Below, one piece after another: positions 8,623 to 17,253 of a stretch of 64,000 nt of DNA. The stretch spans positions 133,853 through 197,852 of the forward strand of contig CAWJIM010000016.1 in the NCBI GenBank assembly GCA_963842945.1, given 5' to 3'. This stretch comes from an uncultured Gemmatimonadales bacterium. GTDB lineage: Bacteria > Gemmatimonadota > Gemmatimonadetes > Gemmatimonadales > GWC2-71-9. Each line of letters starts with the position of its first letter. Position 1 is the first letter of the stretch. The position numbers were made by a program, and so were the translations under genes. The notes under the pieces were generated by a model. That model was not told where the DNA came from and searched no databases. It saw only the letters and a program-made list of their open reading frames with translations.

Positions 8623-9913
8623 TTGCTGGGAAACCTTTACTCTGCTGCCACCGACGCGGTTGCGCCAGGACCGGCTCTGGCGCGACGGCTGGAGGCTGCC
8701 CCCGAGAGTGGCCGGCCGGTCTGGATTCTGGCTCTCGGCAAAGCCGCGTTCCCCATGGCGACCGCTGCACTGGACGTACTTCGCCGGCGCGGAACCTCCC
8801 CTGCCGGTGGACTGATCGTGGGCCCGGCCGAGGCGACCAGCCCGGATTCTTCTCTCGAGTGCACCGCCGGAGACCACCCGGAGCCGGGACAGCGGTCCCT
8901 GGCGGCAGCGGCCGCGCTGGAACGAACGGTAGGGCGGGTTCCGAGAACCGATGAAGTCTGGCTTCTGCTTTCGGGTGGAACCAGCAGCCTGATTGCCGCT
9001 CCGGAGCCCGGACTGACGCCGGCGGAGCTGACATCGATCTATTCCCTGCTTCTGGGCTCAGGACTCGACATCACCGCGATGAACCGGATTCGCAAGCGGT
9101 TCTCCCGCTGGGGTGGTGGGAAGCTGGCTCGAGCCCTGGCGCCGGCCAAAGTCCGCGGATACGTGATCTCGGATGTGATAGGGGACGACCTCGCCTCCAT
9201 CGGATCGGGTCCGTGTGTTCCGGACCCAACCACCGCGCGAGAAGTTCGCGAGCAATTGGAGCAAGCCGGCATTTGGCGTCGACTACCCGAAGCAGGGCGG
9301 TCCCTGGTGCTTTCGGTGGAAGCGGGAGAACGACCCGAGACTCCGAAACCCGGAGACCATGCATTTGCCGGAGTGAGCCTCGAGGTGATCGCCAGTAACC
9401 GGCTGGCCTTGGAGGCAGCAGCCGGAAGAGCTCGCGAGCTTGGTCTCACGCCGGTGGTAGTGGGATAGGCCGATATCGGGCGAAGCAGCACCTGCCGGGG
9501 CGCTGCTGGCCCGCAGTCTACTCGATCGCTGCGCGCAATCGGATATCGAAACAGACACTCGGGTGTGCTTGATCTGGGGCGGCGAAACGACGGTGAGTCT
9601 GGGCGAGCAACCGGCTGGGCTCGGTGGCCGCTGCCAGGAGCTGGCGCTCGCCGCCGCGAGAGCCTTGAGCGGTACATCCGAGAGAGTTGCCCTGCTGGCG
9701 GCGGGTACCGATGGTCGAGACGGTCCTACCGATGCGGCCGGAGCCATAGTGGACGGCCGGACTTGGCAGGCCATCGAGAGCTCGGGGCGCAATCCTGCTC
9801 AGGATCTGGCCGACCACAATTCCTATCCGGCGCTCGACGCCGCTGGAGCTCTACTCCGAACCGGACTGACCGGAACCAATGTGATGGATGTAGTGATAGG
9901 CTGCTGCCTCTAG
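8623..9913 (+). pseudogene. gckA: glycerate 2-kinase (DUF4147 + MOFRL domains), one frameshift
   Basis: ORF 8623-9468 has the N-terminal domain (ILALGKAAFPMA, LLLSGGTSSL). ORF 9563-9913 has the MOFRL domain (CLIWGGETTVSL, GGRCQELALAAA, AAGTDGRDGPTDAAGA, TGTNVMD). The connecting residues DRPISGEAAPAGALLARSLLD are readable in the second frame from about 9465, so a single indel lies there. Confidence 0.8.
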
Positions 9914-10371
9914 GGATGCACCTCCAGCCTGGGGAGGAAGTCTTCTCCGAGGATCACGCTCACATCAACTCGGCGAAACGTGTCGATCTCGACCGTCACC
10001 GCGCCGGCGCCAAGAGCAGCGGCAACGTATCCCGCCTGAACCGAGTCCCCCCGGCGGGCCAGAACGCGGGTCAGAGGCGCGGTGGAATCGGCATTGCCGA
10101 GGAATACCACGTCCAGTCCTCGGCGGCGCAGCATTCGAGTGGCGGTTCTGGCCGCGCCCTGCCGCCGAGTCCCATTGAGCACCTCAACGGTTATTCGTTC
10201 TTTCGGCGTGATCACAGCAGAGGCGGCAGAGGTGCGCTCCGGCCTGGCACGCGGCCAAAGCCAGAGTCCCACTCCCAGCACCAGCAGCAGCAAGCCTGCG
10301 CCTAGCGCGAGCTCCCGCCAGTGCCGACGATACTGTTCCAGAATCGGTATGTAGGCTCGAGAACGGGCCAT
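9910..10371 (-). CDS. LytR_C domain membrane protein
   Basis: 153 aa with an N-terminal TM helix (LALGAGLLLLVLGVGLWLW), followed by ITVEVLNGTRRQGAARTATRMLRRRGLDVVFLGNA, which is typical of the LytR C-terminal domain. Confidence 0.6.
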   Translation of the reverse strand: MARSRAYIPILEQYRRHWRELALGAGLLLLVLGVGLWLWPRARPERTSAASAVITPKERITVEVLNGTRRQGAARTATRMLRRRGLDVVFLGNADSTAPLTRVLARRGDSVQAGYVAAALGAGAVTVEIDTFRRVDVSVILGEDFLPRLEVHP

Positions 10372-10871
10372 CCAGATTCGATGATGTGGGACAGTCGAGC
10401 GCGTGCGACTTCGCGGAGGACACCTTGCGGATCGTCAGGCAACCGTTGAGCCAATTCGGCTCGTTGCTTCCGCTGGAACGGCCGCCCGGGATCGAGGTAA
10501 TCCGCGCAATATAGAATGCGGCCGACCATATCCCATTCGGCCAGTCCCAGTGAGTGGTACCGCACCGCATCCAGCACGCCGCGGTCGTCCTCTCCTTCGG
10601 CCCGGGCCCGACCCGCGCTGGCCGGGCCGTGGCGTAGCTCGGGCGGGCCCGGAGAGTCGGCGGCCCACCTCTCCAGCTCCTCCGGCGAAGCGTCGCGCAG
10701 AGCGTCGTGCAGCCATACTGCGCGAAGCCACCGGTGTTTTTCCGAATCGGGGACGCCGATCTGTTCCGCCCAGACAGCGGCCAGCCGGGCTACTCGCTGA
10801 ATGTGTTCCAGCCGCTTGGGAGTGACCACCGCCCATTGGGGCAGGGTTGGCCGGAGCCCGGCATCAACCAA
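10302..10871 (-). CDS. HD-domain phosphohydrolase (YqeK-like)
   Basis: 189 aa. RLEHIQRVARLAAVWAEQIG ... WLHDALRD gives the H...HD metal-binding pattern. The family assignment is approximate. Confidence 0.5.
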   Translation of the reverse strand: MVDAGLRPTLPQWAVVTPKRLEHIQRVARLAAVWAEQIGVPDSEKHRWLRAVWLHDALRDASPEELERWAADSPGPPELRHGPASAGRARAEGEDDRGVLDAVRYHSLGLAEWDMVGRILYCADYLDPGRPFQRKQRAELAQRLPDDPQGVLREVARARLSHIIESGWPVLEPTYRFWNSIVGTGGSSR

Positions 10872-11691
10872 GGCCTTGAGCCAGGTGGATGTTGTCGATC
10901 AGACGAGTACTGCCGACCCGGGCAGCGACGGCGATAATAGTTCGGGCATCCGCGGTTGAAACCGGACTGAGGCCTTCTGGCTCGACGATGGCAACGTACT
11001 CTATCCGCACACCGGGTTCGGCGTTGAGTTCCCGGCGCATCCGATCTTCCAGCCTCGCAGCCTGGCGTTCCCCTTCGCAAAAGCTGCGGTGCGCCGCGAC
11101 GAGCGCCCGGCTGAGGGCCCGGGCCTGCCGGCGCTCGTCCTCATTCAGGTAGGCGTTCCGGCTGCTCAGCGCGAGCCCGTCGGGCTCGCGAATCGTCGGC
11201 ACGGCGGCAAGCTCGATGGGCCAGTCGAGATCCCGTACCATTCGTCTGATCAGCGTCAACTGCTGGATGTCTTTTTGCCCGAAGCAGGCCAGGTCCGGCT
11301 GGACCAGATGAAACAGCTTGGCCACCACCGTGAGCACACCGGTAAAGTGCCCCGGCCGGGCTTCGCCTTCCCACCGTTCCGCCGTTGCACCCGGGGTCAC
11401 CCGGACCTCGGAACCGGCCGGGTACATCGTCTCGACTGAGGGCACAAAGAGGGCGTCCACACCACGGCCCTGTGCAAGGCTGCGGTCCCGAGGCAAATCT
11501 CTGGGGTAACGGGCCAGATCTTCTCGGGGACCGAATTGCAGCGGATTCACGAAGATGCTGAGCACAACCGCATCGGTCCGCCGCTTTGCCTCATCCACCA
11601 GCGCGAGATGGCCCTCGTGGAGATATCCCATCGTAGGCACCAGACCGATGCGGCGCCCCGCACTGCGTTGGGCCCGGGTCCAAGCACGCAT
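10864..11691 (-). CDS. panC: pantoate--beta-alanine ligase
   Basis: IGLVPTMGYLHEGHLALV, SIFVNPLQFGPREDL and FGQKDIQQL are present. The ORF extends to 11907, but the ATG at 11691 (MRAWTRAQ...) gives a normal length and avoids overlapping panB. Confidence 0.9.
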   Translation of the reverse strand: MRAWTRAQRSAGRRIGLVPTMGYLHEGHLALVDEAKRRTDAVVLSIFVNPLQFGPREDLARYPRDLPRDRSLAQGRGVDALFVPSVETMYPAGSEVRVTPGATAERWEGEARPGHFTGVLTVVAKLFHLVQPDLACFGQKDIQQLTLIRRMVRDLDWPIELAAVPTIREPDGLALSSRNAYLNEDERRQARALSRALVAAHRSFCEGERQAARLEDRMRRELNAEPGVRIEYVAIVEPEGLSPVSTADARTIIAVAARVGSTRLIDNIHLAQGLG

Positions 11692-11710
11692 ATCGGGAAT
11701 GGTGGTCAGC

Positions 11711-12523
11711 TCAGTCAAAGCTGTGCTCTCGCCCCGGATACTTTCCGTCACGCACATCCGCGGCAAAGGCCCGCACCGAATCCCGCACCGATTGCCCCAG
11801 CTTGCCGTAATGCTTGAGAAACTTCGGGGCAAACTGCTCATTGAGCCCGAGCATGTCGTGCAGCACCAGAACTTGGCCGTCGCAGTGAAGTCCGGCTCCA
11901 ATACCAATGGTTGGAATGGTCAGTGACTGCGAAATGCGGCCGGCAACGGCAGCGGGGATCAGCTCGAGAACAACGGCGCACGCTCCGGCAGACTGCAGGA
12001 GCTTGGCATCTCTGACCAGGCGCTCGGCGGCTTCCTCGTCCCTCCCCTGCACCCGATAGCCGCCGAGAGCATGCACCGATTGCGGGGTGAGACCGAGATG
12101 CCCCATCACCGGAATCCCCCGCTCGACCAGCGCCGCCACGGTATCCACCATGTGGCCTCCGCCCTCGAGCTTCACTCCATGGGCGCCGGTCTCCTGCAGC
12201 ACTCTTCCCGCATTCCGGATGGCCTCGGGGATCGAGATCTGATAGGTGAGGAATGGCAGGTCCACGAAGACCAGCGCGCGGCGGGAGCCCCGCCGGACGG
12301 CGGCGGCATGATAGATCATCTGGTCGAGAGTGGCGCTAAGGGTGGTCTCGTGACCGGCTATCACCTGGTTCAGCGAGTCGCCCACCAGCAGGACATCTAC
12401 GCCTGCGTCTTCCAGCAGGCGAGCAAAGATGGCGTCGTAGCAGGTGAGCATGACGACGCGTTTGCCTGCTGCTTTCATCGTCAGCAGGTCGGTGACCGTG
12501 AGCGGCCGCGGGTCAGCGTTCAT
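11711..12523 (-). CDS. panB: 3-methyl-2-oxobutanoate hydroxymethyltransferase
   Basis: 270 aa with VMLTCYDAIFARLLEDAGVDVLLVGDSL, GAHGVKLEGG and PVMGHLGLTPQS. Confidence 0.95.
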   Translation of the reverse strand: MNADPRPLTVTDLLTMKAAGKRVVMLTCYDAIFARLLEDAGVDVLLVGDSLNQVIAGHETTLSATLDQMIYHAAAVRRGSRRALVFVDLPFLTYQISIPEAIRNAGRVLQETGAHGVKLEGGGHMVDTVAALVERGIPVMGHLGLTPQSVHALGGYRVQGRDEEAAERLVRDAKLLQSAGACAVVLELIPAAVAGRISQSLTIPTIGIGAGLHCDGQVLVLHDMLGLNEQFAPKFLKHYGKLGQSVRDSVRAFAADVRDGKYPGREHSFD

Positions 12524-12950
12524 CGGGCTTCAACTCCGCCAGCTCTCGGCGCCAAAAGTCGCGGTTGGACAGCTCGGGATGAGGAATGATAAGGTCAGGC
12601 TCGGCTACCCGCCTCTCTCCGAAGCGAACGATATCCAGATCCAGGGTGCGCGAGCCCCAACGCTCGGTTCGCTTTCGGTCCTGCGCCTGTTCAATGGCCT
12701 GCAGGGCCTGGAGCAGCTGCCGGGGCTCGAGGCGAGTTTCCAGGAGAACCATCTGATTGAGATAGGGAGGTTGTTGCTTGCCACCCAGCGGCGCGGTTTC
12801 CTCGATGCTGGAGGCGGAAACCAGAGTGGTATCCGGCAGAGCCGCTAAGGCCGCACGCGCTGCCCGTAGATGGCCCTCCCGGTCGCCCAGGTTGCTGCCC
12901 AGCGCCACGTAGGCCTTCTCCGGCAGTCTTCGCTCAGACCTCGACAACAA
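12513..12950 (-). CDS. folK: 2-amino-4-hydroxy-6-hydroxymethyldihydropteridine diphosphokinase
   Basis: [30 protein letters not shown] and IPHPEL are present. The long ORF (to 13097) would overlap the MCP gene. A TTG at 12950 or 12947 is the likely start, so the start coordinate is uncertain. Confidence 0.8.
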   Translation of the reverse strand: MLSRSERRLPEKAYVALGSNLGDREGHLRAARAALAALPDTTLVSASSIEETAPLGGKQQPPYLNQMVLLETRLEPRQLLQALQAIEQAQDRKRTERWGSRTLDLDIVRFGERRVAEPDLIIPHPELSNRDFWRRELAELKPDER

Positions 12951-15015
12951 AGTGACTCGCGATCCGCTGGAGATCGGAAGCGAGGTCGCCGAGCTCGCGG
13001 ATGGACCGCTCCAGCTCAGCCTGTCCGGCCGAGGCTTCTCCCGCCCGTTTGGCAAGTGTATCGGTATCGGCCCGGCTCTTGGCCGAACTGGCGGCAACCT
13101 GCTCGATCTGACCGGTGAGGGAGTTCACCGCGTCACGCTGTTGTGCTGCAGTGGCAGCAATGGCCTTGGCGTGGCCGCCAGCCTCGCCAGTGGTCCCCAC
13201 GATAGCATCCAGCGCCTTGGCGGCATCGGCGCTCAGCTCTTCTACTCCGGCCACAACATCTCGGCCACGCTCCATCTGGCTGGACACGGACGATACCTGA
13301 TCGGCGATTTCGCCGAGCAACCCGCCGGCTTCCTGAGCAGCGTGCAGGCTTTGCGCGGCGAGCTCCCGGACCTCGGAGGCAACGACGGCAAAGCCCCTGC
13401 CCTCCCGACCGGCTCGCGCGGCTTCGATCGCGGCGTTCAGGGCGATGAGATTGGTCAGATCGGCGATCTCACGGATGGTGCCAATGAAACCGGTGATGCG
13501 CTGAGTCAGCGCGCCGAGGGAAGCAACCCGATCGGCGCCGCCGGCGACAAAGCCCTTGAGCTCGACCAGCCGGGCGATGGCGTCGCCGATGACGTCGCGG
13601 TTGCGGGCCGCAACCTCGGCGGCCGTGCCGCTTGCCGCCGCGGCCTGGGCTCCCTGATTCATCATTTCCTGCGAGGCGTTCGCCAGCGATCCGGTTGCGC
13701 GGAGCCCGCCGGTAGCGAACCGCTCCAGCTCCATGGCACCCTGACGCATGCCCAGCGAAACATCGGCCAGCGCGCTCGCGGAGGTTCGCAGCGAGTCTGC
13801 GACCCGAGCCAGCGAGGTGACCTGCTCACCGATCTGCCCCACGGTCAGCACCAGCGGCCGCCGGAGCTCGGCAATATGAATGGCCGTGGCCATTTGGCCA
13901 GCCAGTGTGCTCATGGCCAACAGATCTTTGGAGCGATAGACGTGACGCTTCTGGTGTTCCACCTCGAGCAGGCCCAGGATGTCATCACCGAACCGAATGG
14001 GATGGATGACCAGAGACAGGGCGTGGCGCAGCACTCCGGCCACGCGGTCGTCCTTGCGGCTATCCCGGATCACGAGCGCCTCTCGAGTTTCCAGCACTGC
14101 CTGTCTGAGGGCCGCCACTTCCGAAGGCGGCTCGCCACGATTGGGCCGGCCCATCGAGCTGCGGAAGACCAGGGAAATCTGCGATCCGTTCACCCGGTAT
14201 ACTCGAAAGTCGCTCCAGTCGAGCAGACGATAGCCGAGCCGCTCGATTTGGGTGAAGGAGCCCTGAAGGGTGGCATTACTCGCGATAGCCCCCTCCATCA
14301 AGTGGACCTTGTTCAGGTCCTCGGCGCCTATCGCCTCATCCAGAATCTGACGGGCGAGCAAGCCCACGACACCAAGGGCAAGTGCGACGGCTACCCAGGC
14401 GCCGGGCTCCAGTTTGGCCAGGGTGGCAATCACGATCGTAGTGGCGATGAGAGTCAGCAGGTACGAGCTGACCTCCCAACGCAGGATCAGGATCTTCTCG
14501 GCACTCTCCAGCTTGTTGCGGACCAGCAGGCTGAAGTAGAAGAGAGCCCGACTCAGGAAGAAGTAGAGGGCGACAAGGATGGCAGCGGCTGGTAGAAAAT
14601 CCAGGGTCACCTCGTTGGTCCCACCCATCGCGAGAATCGCGGCGTAGGCACCATAGGCCGCCACAAAGCTGATTACCTCCCGGCCGGCGTTGATCACGCC
14701 GGATCGCGGGGGCTTCCGGAGACCGAAGACGTCTGCGGCCGCTACCCCGACCCACAGCGCGGCGGCAACCGGCGACGGCCCAACGCATACCGCTCCGACG
14801 AGTGTGGGTATGGCCGATTGGGTCAGGTAGGAATACTTGCTCAACCGGACCGGCACGGCCCGAAGGGCAAAGATGGTGAGCATCAATACACTGGTGGAGA
14901 TGGGGCTGGCCATCCACCGGGAATCGACCGCCAGCACTCCTGCCAGGAGTGCGAGCCCGCCCAGCCAAAGCATTCTGCTGTAGCCGTTCAGCAGCCCCTG
15001 GACCTTGATGGTCAT
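12934..15015 (-). CDS. methyl-accepting chemotaxis-type signalling protein with polytopic membrane N-terminus and GAF-like domain
   Basis: 693 aa. About 230 N-terminal residues contain several hydrophobic segments. The central region is GAF-like ([13 protein letters not shown]...[18 protein letters not shown]). The C-terminus has the MCP hairpin core [40 protein letters not shown]. The start overlaps the trpA stop (ATGA at 15012-15015). Confidence 0.85.
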   Translation of the reverse strand: MTIKVQGLLNGYSRMLWLGGLALLAGVLAVDSRWMASPISTSVLMLTIFALRAVPVRLSKYSYLTQSAIPTLVGAVCVGPSPVAAALWVGVAAADVFGLRKPPRSGVINAGREVISFVAAYGAYAAILAMGGTNEVTLDFLPAAAILVALYFFLSRALFYFSLLVRNKLESAEKILILRWEVSSYLLTLIATTIVIATLAKLEPGAWVAVALALGVVGLLARQILDEAIGAEDLNKVHLMEGAIASNATLQGSFTQIERLGYRLLDWSDFRVYRVNGSQISLVFRSSMGRPNRGEPPSEVAALRQAVLETREALVIRDSRKDDRVAGVLRHALSLVIHPIRFGDDILGLLEVEHQKRHVYRSKDLLAMSTLAGQMATAIHIAELRRPLVLTVGQIGEQVTSLARVADSLRTSASALADVSLGMRQGAMELERFATGGLRATGSLANASQEMMNQGAQAAAASGTAAEVAARNRDVIGDAIARLVELKGFVAGGADRVASLGALTQRITGFIGTIREIADLTNLIALNAAIEAARAGREGRGFAVVASEVRELAAQSLHAAQEAGGLLGEIADQVSSVSSQMERGRDVVAGVEELSADAAKALDAIVGTTGEAGGHAKAIAATAAQQRDAVNSLTGQIEQVAASSAKSRADTDTLAKRAGEASAGQAELERSIRELGDLASDLQRIASHFVVEV

Positions 15016-15827
15016 CCGTCTACCCCACTGTCCAGGCCTGCGCGAAGCCGGCGAAGAAAGCGGGCCGCTTCGCGGACGCCATCGCGGCCCAGAACATCCA
15101 CCAGGGCGCTCCCGACCACGACACCATCAGCCATTTGCCCCACGGCGTGCGCTTGCTCGGGCGTTGAAATGCCAAATCCGACCGCTACCGGCAGTGGGGT
15201 GGCCCGCCGCACTTGCCCGATCGACTCCGCCAGGTTCCCTGACAACGACGCGGTAGCACCGGTCACACCGAGTCGGGCAACCAGATACACAAATCCCTGA
15301 GCCCCTGCGACAGCGACTTTCAATCGAGCCGCCTGCGTGGTAGGGGCGATCAGCCGGATGAGATCGAGACTGCTGGCCTGAACCGCGGACTCCACCGCAG
15401 GATCGGATCCGGCCGGCAGATCGGTCAGGATCAAGCCGGCCACGCCCAGAGCCCCGGCATCGGCAAGGAAGCGGTCCATGCCGTAACGCAGAATCGGATT
15501 CAGGTAACTGAATAACACAACGGGTCGGTTGAGCTCGAGCTCCGCAATGAGCTGGATAGTCCCGGGCAGGGTCATGCCCTGTTGCAAGGCCTGGAAAGTG
15601 GAGCGCTGGATAGTGGGGCCGTCGGCCAGCGGATCGCTGAATGGAACACCCACTTCGATGATGTCCGCCACCTCCGCTGCCGCCCGAATCGCCGCGCCAC
15701 TCGTGTCCCGGGTGGGATAGCCCGCCGTGAGATAGGGGATCAGGGCTCGCCGTCCGTCGGATCGGAGGGCAGCCCAGGTCCGCGTTAGCGGCGAATCAGA
15801 CAAAGTAATCGCCAACCGTGATCCCAT
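15012..15827 (-). CDS. trpA: tryptophan synthase alpha chain
   Basis: 271 aa with [29 protein letters not shown] and [10 protein letters not shown]. Confidence 0.9.
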   Translation of the reverse strand: MGSRLAITLSDSPLTRTWAALRSDGRRALIPYLTAGYPTRDTSGAAIRAAAEVADIIEVGVPFSDPLADGPTIQRSTFQALQQGMTLPGTIQLIAELELNRPVVLFSYLNPILRYGMDRFLADAGALGVAGLILTDLPAGSDPAVESAVQASSLDLIRLIAPTTQAARLKVAVAGAQGFVYLVARLGVTGATASLSGNLAESIGQVRRATPLPVAVGFGISTPEQAHAVGQMADGVVVGSALVDVLGRDGVREAARFLRRLRAGLDSGVDG

Positions 15828-17253
15828 AGCGCGATGGATTAGTGACTTTGATGATCGATCGCCGATAAGCCCCGCTCTGATCCTTCTCGCTCAAATCAAC
15901 CCCGAGCCCGGGCGCTGGAACCGGTCCGCCGTCGGCATCCACCGCAATCCGCACCAGGGGCCGCTTGAGCTGTTCGCCATCAGGATTTGGAGCGGACACG
16001 ACGGCCACCTCGAAGCTGTCGAGAATGACGCAGGTGCCAACCGGGTAGACGCCGATCAGATTGATCAACGCCTTCACCAGAACCCGGTCGTAGCCCCGGT
16101 TTGGGTTCTCCCACATTTCCCGGAGCACCTGGTCAGGCTCGATCGGCACGGTCTGGTACACCCGGCGCGTGGTGGCGGCATCGAAGCCGTCGGCCACGGC
16201 GACGATGCGCGAGAAAATGCCGAGGGTCCGAGGCCGGACGACCTTGGGGTAGCCGGTCAGGTCCGATTTCATATGGTGCTCGTGGGCCACCAGGATCGAC
16301 CGGTACGGGATCTCCTCGTACCCGCGCATGCTGAAGAGGGTCAGAGCGCCATACCATGGGTGCGACTGGATCACCTTCCACTCGTGCTCGTCGAGCTTTC
16401 CAGCCTTGTTCAAAATTTCCGGCGGGATCCTCGCTTTGCCCACATCATGCAGCAGGGCGGCCATGCCCAGATCGCAGAGCTGGGGTTTGGAGAGTCCCAG
16501 CTTCTTGCCCAGTGCGACCGAGAAGATGCAGACATTGACGGAGTGGGTGAAGGTGTATTCGTCGTAATCGCGAATGGTGGTCAGGCCCACCATCGAGATC
16601 TCGTTGTTGAGCACCTGGTCCACCACCATCTGGACGGCGCGCTTTACCCGTTTGAGGCCGGTGGCGCGGCCCAGGCGTACCCCGGCGATCACATCCTTGG
16701 TCACCGCCACGCCCTGGGCGTACACCTGCTTCGAGGCCTGCCGGGCTTCGGCCGAGCTGCTGCCCTCCGTGGGCAGACCGCGCTCGATCTCCAGGTCGGC
16801 GACCTTGGCGGTATCGAGCCTTTCGTGCAGTTCCTTGAGCCGTTCTTCCGCCGAGCCCCGTCCCGCCAGGCTGAGCAGGAGGCTGAGGAAGATCTGCCAC
16901 TGCCGGCGGTCGGTGCCGGTCTTCACTCGAAGAGCCCCGATCTCGTATCCCCGAAAGATCGCGAGGATGTGGCTGAACGAGGCGTAATTGTCGAGCTCGA
17001 GCCGGAGGCGGGTAGAGTTTACGAAGATGAAATCTCCGGCCAGCCGGATCTCCAGTTCGATCTCACTCTTGAGCAACGCCCGCGTGGTGTTGTCCAGGTC
17101 GCTGAGCGACTTCTGGACGGTAGCGTTCTCCAGGGGATACAGCTTGAGGCTGCGAAGCGCGGTGTACAGCGCGAGCAGCAGTGAGCGGCCGCCCTGACGA
17201 AGCTGTCCGTCATCGCCGGGAGCGCCGGTAGCCAGCTCGATCGGGCTGCTCAC
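15796..17253 (-). CDS. HD-GYP domain cyclic-dinucleotide phosphodiesterase with uncharacterised N-terminal domain
   Basis: 485 aa with HSVNVCIFSVALG, LLHDVGKARIP and AHEHHMKSDLTGYPK (the HD-GYP signature). The GTG start overlaps the stop of the HEAT-protein gene (GTGA at 17250-17253). Confidence 0.85.
   Translation of the reverse strand: MSSPIELATGAPGDDGQLRQGGRSLLLALYTALRSLKLYPLENATVQKSLSDLDNTTRALLKSEIELEIRLAGDFIFVNSTRLRLELDNYASFSHILAIFRGYEIGALRVKTGTDRRQWQIFLSLLLSLAGRGSAEERLKELHERLDTAKVADLEIERGLPTEGSSSAEARQASKQVYAQGVAVTKDVIAGVRLGRATGLKRVKRAVQMVVDQVLNNEISMVGLTTIRDYDEYTFTHSVNVCIFSVALGKKLGLSKPQLCDLGMAALLHDVGKARIPPEILNKAGKLDEHEWKVIQSHPWYGALTLFSMRGYEEIPYRSILVAHEHHMKSDLTGYPKVVRPRTLGIFSRIVAVADGFDAATTRRVYQTVPIEPDQVLREMWENPNRGYDRVLVKALINLIGVYPVGTCVILDSFEVAVVSAPNPDGEQLKRPLVRIAVDADGGPVPAPGLGVDLSEKDQSGAYRRSIIKVTNPSRYGITVGDYFV

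Noticed and set aside
12952-14595. 547-aa plus-strand ORF
   Set aside because: It lies entirely antisense to the MCP gene, which has unmistakable family motifs. Its translation is Gly/Arg/Leu-rich with no recognisable motif. This is a typical shadow ORF of GC-rich DNA.
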